Source of the DNA: Spirochaetia bacterium
Lineage (GTDB): Bacteria; Spirochaetota; Spirochaetia; UBA9216
Length of the DNA stretch: 64,000 bases
Assembly: GCA_965140585.1 (NCBI GenBank)
Contig: OZ223272.1
Span: 384,001-448,000, forward strand
Direction: 5' to 3'
Position 1 is the stretch's first letter. Every line of letters starts with the position of its first letter. Positions 58,620 to 64,000 of the stretch are shown here, piece after piece. Under the pieces are notes generated by a model, which did no database searches, had not been told where the DNA came from, and saw nothing but the letters and a program-made list of their open reading frames with translations. The translations under genes were made by a program, and so were the position numbers.

Positions 58620-60856
58620 GCGAACATAGATTATTTGCAACCTGCCCCGTTTATCTGGAAGAACTTCTTAAAGAAGAAGTTCTAACCTTCGGCGGCAGAG
58701 ATCCAAAAGTAGTACATGGCGGTGTTGAGTTTCAGGGAAGCCTTGAAAGCGCATACAGCATCTGCCTATGGTCGCGGACTGCCAACAGGCTGCTGCTTCC
58801 TGTTCTTGATTTTGAAGCAATTGCTCCCGAAGACATTAAAAAGGCTGTTGAAGAGTTTGCATGGGAGAATTTCTTTAACCTTACATCAAGTATTGCCGTA
58901 ACCTCCACAATATCAAAATCAAAAATCTGCACACCCGATTACTCCGCCCTGCTTGTAAAGGACGGAATAGTGGACAGGGCAAGAAACCTGACAGGAACCA
59001 GGCCCGCAGTTGATACAAAAAATCCGGATGCCCGCCTTCACCTTCATATAAGGCTTAAACAGGCTTCAGTGAGCATAGACCTGTCAGGCGAACCGCTGCA
59101 CAGGCGCGGCTACCGGCTCAGCGCTGCAAAGGCAGCTGTACGCGAAAATACAGCCGCCGCGGTGCTAATGCGTGCAGGATGGAACACTTTCGCGGCAGAA
59201 GAATCATGCCGCCCCTTTCTGGACCCTATGTGCGGCTCGGGAACCCTGCTTATTGAGGCTGCGATGATAGCAGCGGACATGGCACCCGCCATTGACCGGA
59301 AATACTTCGGATTCATGAAACTTAAAAATTTCCAGGCCCCGCTCTGGGAAAAGATCCAAGCTGGTGCTCAGAGACGCCGAACTGAGGGACTTGAAATTGT
59401 GCGTAAATGCAGCGCTCCGCTTTTTTACGGCAGGGACAGTGAAGGCTTTGCGGTACGCACAGCAATTAACAATATCAAGGCCAGTCCTGCAGCCGATCTC
59501 TGGAATGACGGATATTTTGACATATCGAAGGCTGATTTTTTCAAGGATGATAAACCTGCAATACCGCATCCTGGACTTCTGGCAGTAAATCCGCCATACG
59601 GAGAAAGACTCGGCAAGGATCAGAACATGCTGATGTTCTATGGACGTCTTGGCGAACATATTAAAAAAAGCTTTCCCGGCTGGAATATTTCAATCTTGAC
59701 AGGAGACAGACAGCTGTCAGAAGCTACCGGCCTTAAAGCCGATAAAATCAATACCGTTTATAACGGCGGAATCCGTTGTTCACTTTCGCATTTCAGGATT
59801 TACGAAAAGCAGGAAGAGGCCCAGACCGACGCTGGTGCTGAATCACCCTCAAAGCAGCAGGAAAAATCTGCAAAAAAGCCTGCCTGGCCTTCATTTGAAG
59901 AACTCAGCCCCGGAGCACAAATGCTGTACAACCGGCTGAAAAAGAACTCAAAGAACCTGAAAAAGTGGCTTAAGAACACAGGACTTGAATGCTACCGGCT
60001 TTATGACGCTGATATGCCGGAATATTCGGTAGCGGTTGATATCTATCCGCCCAATGCCGTTGTTCAGGAATATGCACCTCCGAAAACAATCGATCCTGTG
60101 GCTGCTGCCGGACGTCTGCGTGAAGCGCTTTCCGCCGTATCAGCCTACCTTGAACTGCCCGAGAAATCAGTTGTTCTGAAACAGCGAAAAAGACAGAAGG
60201 GCTCAAGCCAGTACACCAAAAAAGAAGAAAACCGTTACGGCACTCAGAAACTCATTATGAAAGAACACGGGCTGAAGTTTCTGATCGACCTGAACAACTA
60301 CCTTGATACCGGTATTTTCCTGGACAGCCGGCCTCTCCGTATGCGTATCAGAGAACTGGCCGATGATAAAACCTTTCTGAATCTTTTCTGCTATACAGGG
60401 ACAGCCTCTGTGTATGCGGCTGCAGGCGGAGCTTACGCCACAACATCAGTAGACACCTCAAGGACTTACCTCGACTGGGCAGAAGAGAATATGAAACTCA
60501 ACAAATTTGATTCAGGAAATCACAGTTTTGCGAGGGAAGACTGCATGCAATGGCTTAAATCGAGTATTGGTGAATATGATTTAATCTTTCTTGATCCTCC
60601 AACTTTCTCCAACTCCAAGGACAGGGATGATATATTCGACATTCAAAGAGATCATGTAAATCTTATACGGCTGACTGCATCACGACTCAGTTCTGACGGA
60701 ACCCTGATCTTCTGCAATAATTATCGAAAATTTCAAATGGATGCGGAGCTTTCCACTGATTTTGAAATTAAAGAGATCTCGGAACAGACCATAGATCCCG
60801 ATTTTAAAAGGAATTACCGCATCCACAGAAGCTGGGAAATTAAGCACAGAAAATAA
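58616..60856 (+). CDS. rlmKL: Bifunctional 23S rRNA m2G2445/m7G2069 methyltransferase RlmKL
   Basis: THUMP region, LHRRGYR, DPMCGSGT and NPPYGER; YRLYDADMPEY, YLDTGIFLD, FLNLFCYTG and DPPTFSNSK. Confidence 0.93.
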   Translation: MSEHRLFATCPVYLEELLKEEVLTFGGRDPKVVHGGVEFQGSLESAYSICLWSRTANRLLLPVLDFEAIAPEDIKKAVEEFAWENFFNLTSSIAVTSTISKSKICTPDYSALLVKDGIVDRARNLTGTRPAVDTKNPDARLHLHIRLKQASVSIDLSGEPLHRRGYRLSAAKAAVRENTAAAVLMRAGWNTFAAEESCRPFLDPMCGSGTLLIEAAMIAADMAPAIDRKYFGFMKLKNFQAPLWEKIQAGAQRRRTEGLEIVRKCSAPLFYGRDSEGFAVRTAINNIKASPAADLWNDGYFDISKADFFKDDKPAIPHPGLLAVNPPYGERLGKDQNMLMFYGRLGEHIKKSFPGWNISILTGDRQLSEATGLKADKINTVYNGGIRCSLSHFRIYEKQEEAQTDAGAESPSKQQEKSAKKPAWPSFEELSPGAQMLYNRLKKNSKNLKKWLKNTGLECYRLYDADMPEYSVAVDIYPPNAVVQEYAPPKTIDPVAAAGRLREALSAVSAYLELPEKSVVLKQRKRQKGSSQYTKKEENRYGTQKLIMKEHGLKFLIDLNNYLDTGIFLDSRPLRMRIRELADDKTFLNLFCYTGTASVYAAAGGAYATTSVDTSRTYLDWAEENMKLNKFDSGNHSFAREDCMQWLKSSIGEYDLIFLDPPTFSNSKDRDDIFDIQRDHVNLIRLTASRLSSDGTLIFCNNYRKFQMDAELSTDFEIKEISEQTIDPDFKRNYRIHRSWEIKHRK

Positions 60857-60932
60857 ATTTGCAATTCCGGAATTTGCTATTCTCCTGGGCCTTTACTAAG
60901 ATTTAATTAGAAAGGAATAAATAGGAGAAAAG

Positions 60933-63017
60933 ATGTTTTTATCATCATCTGTTAAAAATAAACATATATTTTCGTATGCAGGCATGGCGGTAGTCATAAG
61001 CCTGATAATGAGCACAGCAGCATACATTGGTTCAATTCGTATTCTTGAAAACGAAGTGGGAAAAACTCTTCAGCGGGAAGCCGATCTGATGGCTCAGACC
61101 TATGAATCATGGGTGGACCTTCAGCTTGGTCAGCTTGAAGTTGTAGCTGCAAATTTTGATTTTGACTTCAGTCCGGAAATTGAACAGCAACTGCTTCAGG
61201 AAGCAGAACGCTTAGGTTTCAACTCAATGTCTGCCGCAGATATTTTCGGTAATCTCCATGTCTCCGGAGGTCCGGTAATCGATATTTCCAACCGAGCCTA
61301 TCTTCAGAAACTTTTCAAAACCGGAAAATCAGTTGTTTCGAATCCGGTATTCAGTGCGGTAAAGGGCGAAGAAGATCTTCTGATTGTTCTGTTTGCGGCC
61401 CCTATCTATAGGAACGGGAAACTGTTCGGAGCGCTCATCGGACAGCGCAACGCTGAATACCTCAGTGAAAAAATCAATACCATCTTCTATGGCGATGATG
61501 CTCTGAACATGGTTCTCTCTGAGGAAGGCATTCCCATTGCCAGTACAAACCTGGAGATGGTTCAGCTGCAGAAGTCAATTTTTGAAATGGCGGATGAAAA
61601 CAGCACAATGCAGCCGCTGTCCCTGCTGGCTGAAAAGATGACAGCCGGAGAACGGGGGATCCTGACAATAAAAATGGGAGGCACCTCTATAATTTCAGCA
61701 TATTCCCCCATCCCGAAATATAACTGGAGTGTCTCAATAGGTTCACCTCAGGATGTTGCTTTTGCTCCGGTAAATGGATTGAAAAACATATTTATTGGAA
61801 TATCTCTTACTATGGTAATCGCCGGTATACTCATCTCAGTTCTTGTAGGAACAGCATTTGCAAAACCGGTGCAACTCATTGCCGAAACAATTAAGGGCAT
61901 TGCCAGCGGTGAAGGAGATCTTACTAAAAGAATTGAAATTGACCGCAAAGATGAAATCGGCAGGCTTGCCGGCGGTTTCAATCATTTTGTGGAAAATCTC
62001 CATAAAATAGTCAGTTCACTTAAACAGACTCAGGAGGCTCTGGGAGGTATCGGCGAAAGGCTCGCTAACAGCTCTTATGACACAGCAAGCGCAATCAGTG
62101 AGATTCTTGCTAATATTGAAGGAGTAAGAAGACAGTCCTCCCACCAGGCAGAGAGCACCAATTCAGCTTCGGAGGCTGTCAGTGAGATGGCAAACAGTAT
62201 CAGCAGCCTTGAATCAATGATCGACAGTCAGGTTTCCGGCAGTGTGGAATCATCCGCCGCGGTTGAACAGATGGTAAGTAATATTGCATCAGTTACCGAG
62301 ACTGTCGAGAAGATGGCTGAAAAGTTCAGCATGCTGACCGAAGAAGCATCAATCGGCAAGGTCAAACAATCCGCAGTTGATTCGAGCGTCCGGGAAATTG
62401 CCAGTCAGTCAGAGCTGCTGATGGAGGCAAATGAAGTAATTGCCGGAATAGCTTCACAGACCAACCTGCTGGCTATGAATGCCGCAATTGAAGCCGCGCA
62501 CGCAGGAGAGGCGGGCAAGGGTTTCTCTGTTGTTGCCGATGAGATAAGAAGGCTCTCGGAAACCTCGGCGGAACAGTCAAGAAGCATCGGATCGGAACTT
62601 GGCAAGATATCTCAAACAATTGCCGAGGTTGTAGAGACATCCCGTGAATCAGAGACAGTTTTTGCCTCGATAACTTCAGAAATAGATACGACAGACATTC
62701 TGGTTAAACAGATTGAAAGGGCAATGGCCGAGCAGCGGGAAGGCTCAAAACAGGTTCTGATTGCATTGTCCGAAATAAACGATATCGGTGAGAACGTAAA
62801 AGCCATGGCCGGAAGGGTGAACAACAGTGCCGGTGAAGCTCTCAGCGCAATGCAGGATCTTAAACAGACTTCATCTACAGTGCTCGGCAGTATGGATGAA
62901 ATGGCTACCGGGACCCAGCAGATAAATCAGTCATCACAGGAAGTATCAACACTTTCGGATGAAATGAACAGGAACATCAGCGAGATGGAAGAGGTAATCG
63001 GACGCTTTAAAGTTTAA
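60933..63017 (+). CDS. Methyl-accepting chemotaxis protein (dCache-HAMP-MA)
   Basis: Two TM segments; dCache (YLQK..SNP, APIY, W.V.I); HAMP GDLT..DEIG; [33 protein letters not shown]. Confidence 0.95.
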   Translation: MFLSSSVKNKHIFSYAGMAVVISLIMSTAAYIGSIRILENEVGKTLQREADLMAQTYESWVDLQLGQLEVVAANFDFDFSPEIEQQLLQEAERLGFNSMSAADIFGNLHVSGGPVIDISNRAYLQKLFKTGKSVVSNPVFSAVKGEEDLLIVLFAAPIYRNGKLFGALIGQRNAEYLSEKINTIFYGDDALNMVLSEEGIPIASTNLEMVQLQKSIFEMADENSTMQPLSLLAEKMTAGERGILTIKMGGTSIISAYSPIPKYNWSVSIGSPQDVAFAPVNGLKNIFIGISLTMVIAGILISVLVGTAFAKPVQLIAETIKGIASGEGDLTKRIEIDRKDEIGRLAGGFNHFVENLHKIVSSLKQTQEALGGIGERLANSSYDTASAISEILANIEGVRRQSSHQAESTNSASEAVSEMANSISSLESMIDSQVSGSVESSAAVEQMVSNIASVTETVEKMAEKFSMLTEEASIGKVKQSAVDSSVREIASQSELLMEANEVIAGIASQTNLLAMNAAIEAAHAGEAGKGFSVVADEIRRLSETSAEQSRSIGSELGKISQTIAEVVETSRESETVFASITSEIDTTDILVKQIERAMAEQREGSKQVLIALSEINDIGENVKAMAGRVNNSAGEALSAMQDLKQTSSTVLGSMDEMATGTQQINQSSQEVSTLSDEMNRNISEMEEVIGRFKV

Positions 63018-64000
63018 AATCAATCATCAGGGTTTTACCGTCCCTTGTAGACTCATCATTGGCAAACACCAGGGGCTTCCCACCGCCCATAGGGTTTTCC
63101 ACAGAAATTCCCAGAGTATATTCTCCGGCAGCAGGAATATCCCATTCGATCTCGGCCGAAAAATCATAGCCGGAATCACCCGGCAGGATTGTAGTGATGT
63201 CCCAGTCCGCAGTTGTCTCTGCAACAGCATTTCCTGCAGCATCAAAAACTTCAAGTGTAACCGGCCACTTATAATAAAACGGAGCAACACCTGTGTTTAT
63301 GAATTTGCAGGAAACCGACAGGCCTGAGCCTGAATCGCTTATCTTTATATGCTGAACTGATATTGTATATCCAAGCCTGGCCGAACCGTTCTCGGCCCTT
63401 TCCTGCTTTGCAGAACTCCAGGACGGGAAACTTTCAAATACTTCATAATTGAGAAGCCAGGAAGCATGTGTCTGTTCAACACATTTCGTATAATTTTCTG
63501 ACTTAAGCGGCGGCAGCAGGTTAAATATATCAGCCTGAATATCAGGGTAAAGTTCGCCTCCTATAGGTTTGGTCTTCCATGCATCTATCTCACCCGAATC
63601 AGCCATTATCTGCAGAAAACTCCAGTCTTCCTCCGGAAGAGTTTCATAGGCGAAGCTGTCATCGTGGTAACCTGTTGATATTCCGTCGGCTTTGTGGCCG
63701 GGATACCTCAGCAGGATCTCAGTATCAGGAAAAGCATCATTCATGGCAGTAATGACCCTGAGCTGGGTATCCCGTGAAGCAAACCAGTCATCATGCGGAT
63801 AGGTATGCCATTCACCCCAGAAGCCGAGAATTCCAATTGTGATAAAACCTATACGAGGGTCACCGTTATATACCCGGCCCAGTTCCTCAATTAAATCCTC
63901 AACAGGACCAATCAGGTCTTCATCATCATAATCGGGAGATATTCCTCCGCCGTAATCGGTATAGGAATTTGTTGTGATATTAGAAAGAATAAAAGAAGGA
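63007..64000 (-). CDS. DUF4832-domain putative glycoside hydrolase (5' end beyond the window)
   Basis: The frame stays open to the window edge: [33 protein letters not shown] and NTGVAPFY. Confidence 0.8.
   Translation of the reverse strand, partial: PSFILSNITTNSYTDYGGGISPDYDDEDLIGPVEDLIEELGRVYNGDPRIGFITIGILGFWGEWHTYPHDDWFASRDTQLRVITAMNDAFPDTEILLRYPGHKADGISTGYHDDSFAYETLPEEDWSFLQIMADSGEIDAWKTKPIGGELYPDIQADIFNLLPPLKSENYTKCVEQTHASWLLNYEVFESFPSWSSAKQERAENGSARLGYTISVQHIKISDSGSGLSVSCKFINTGVAPFYYKWPVTLEVFDAAGNAVAETTADWDITTILPGDSGYDFSAEIEWDIPAAGEYTLGISVENPMGGGKPLVFANDESTRDGKTLMIDFKL

Noticed and set aside
1-64000. CRISPR arrays, IS elements, prophage or known defence systems
   Set aside because: I recognised no regularly spaced repeats, transposase, integrase, phage structural or cas/RM genes. 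Short dispersed repeats could have been missed by eye.

Overview
Gene-dense bacterial chromosome segment, most likely a free-living spirochaete (inferred from the fliS-flgN-polA-coaE-SPOR gene order, FAGG-type signal peptide on the sugar-binding protein and several lipoproteins). It holds about 50 CDSs and one tRNA-Cys(GCA). I found no rRNA, CRISPR array, transposase, integrase or phage gene. Main blocks: (1) a frameshifted pyruvate kinase and a decaying cluster of small detox-type genes (1-6.5 kb); (2) an orphan histidine kinase, diguanylate cyclase, GH2 glycosidase, S10 peptidase and MarC; (3) tRNA-Cys, a HEPN-like gene, a DeoR plus orphan sugar-ABC ATPase pair divergent from chvE-gguA-gguB, and xylB; (4) a KamA-family/HD-NUDIX/PhzF/pentapeptide operon; (5) a sigma28-type promoter ahead of fliS-flgN-polA-coaE-SPOR, a degenerate NodB protein and PIN-PhoH; (6) an AT-rich PocR-AraC/gldA/dhaKL island that ends in a polytopic membrane alpha/beta hydrolase; (7) lipoproteins, the TIGR03545/03546 pair, a membrane LuxR and CoA-disulfide reductase-rhodanese; (8) tetR-paaK-ACT-hydrolase-glycerate kinase, udk-rlmKL, an MCP and a DUF4832 gene that runs off the end. 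The best candidates for undescribed biology are the glycerol island with its hydrolase-membrane fusion, the DeoR/orphan ATPase pair, the sigma28-linked polA operon and the NodB pseudo-enzyme. All family calls come from motif recognition by eye, not database searches.
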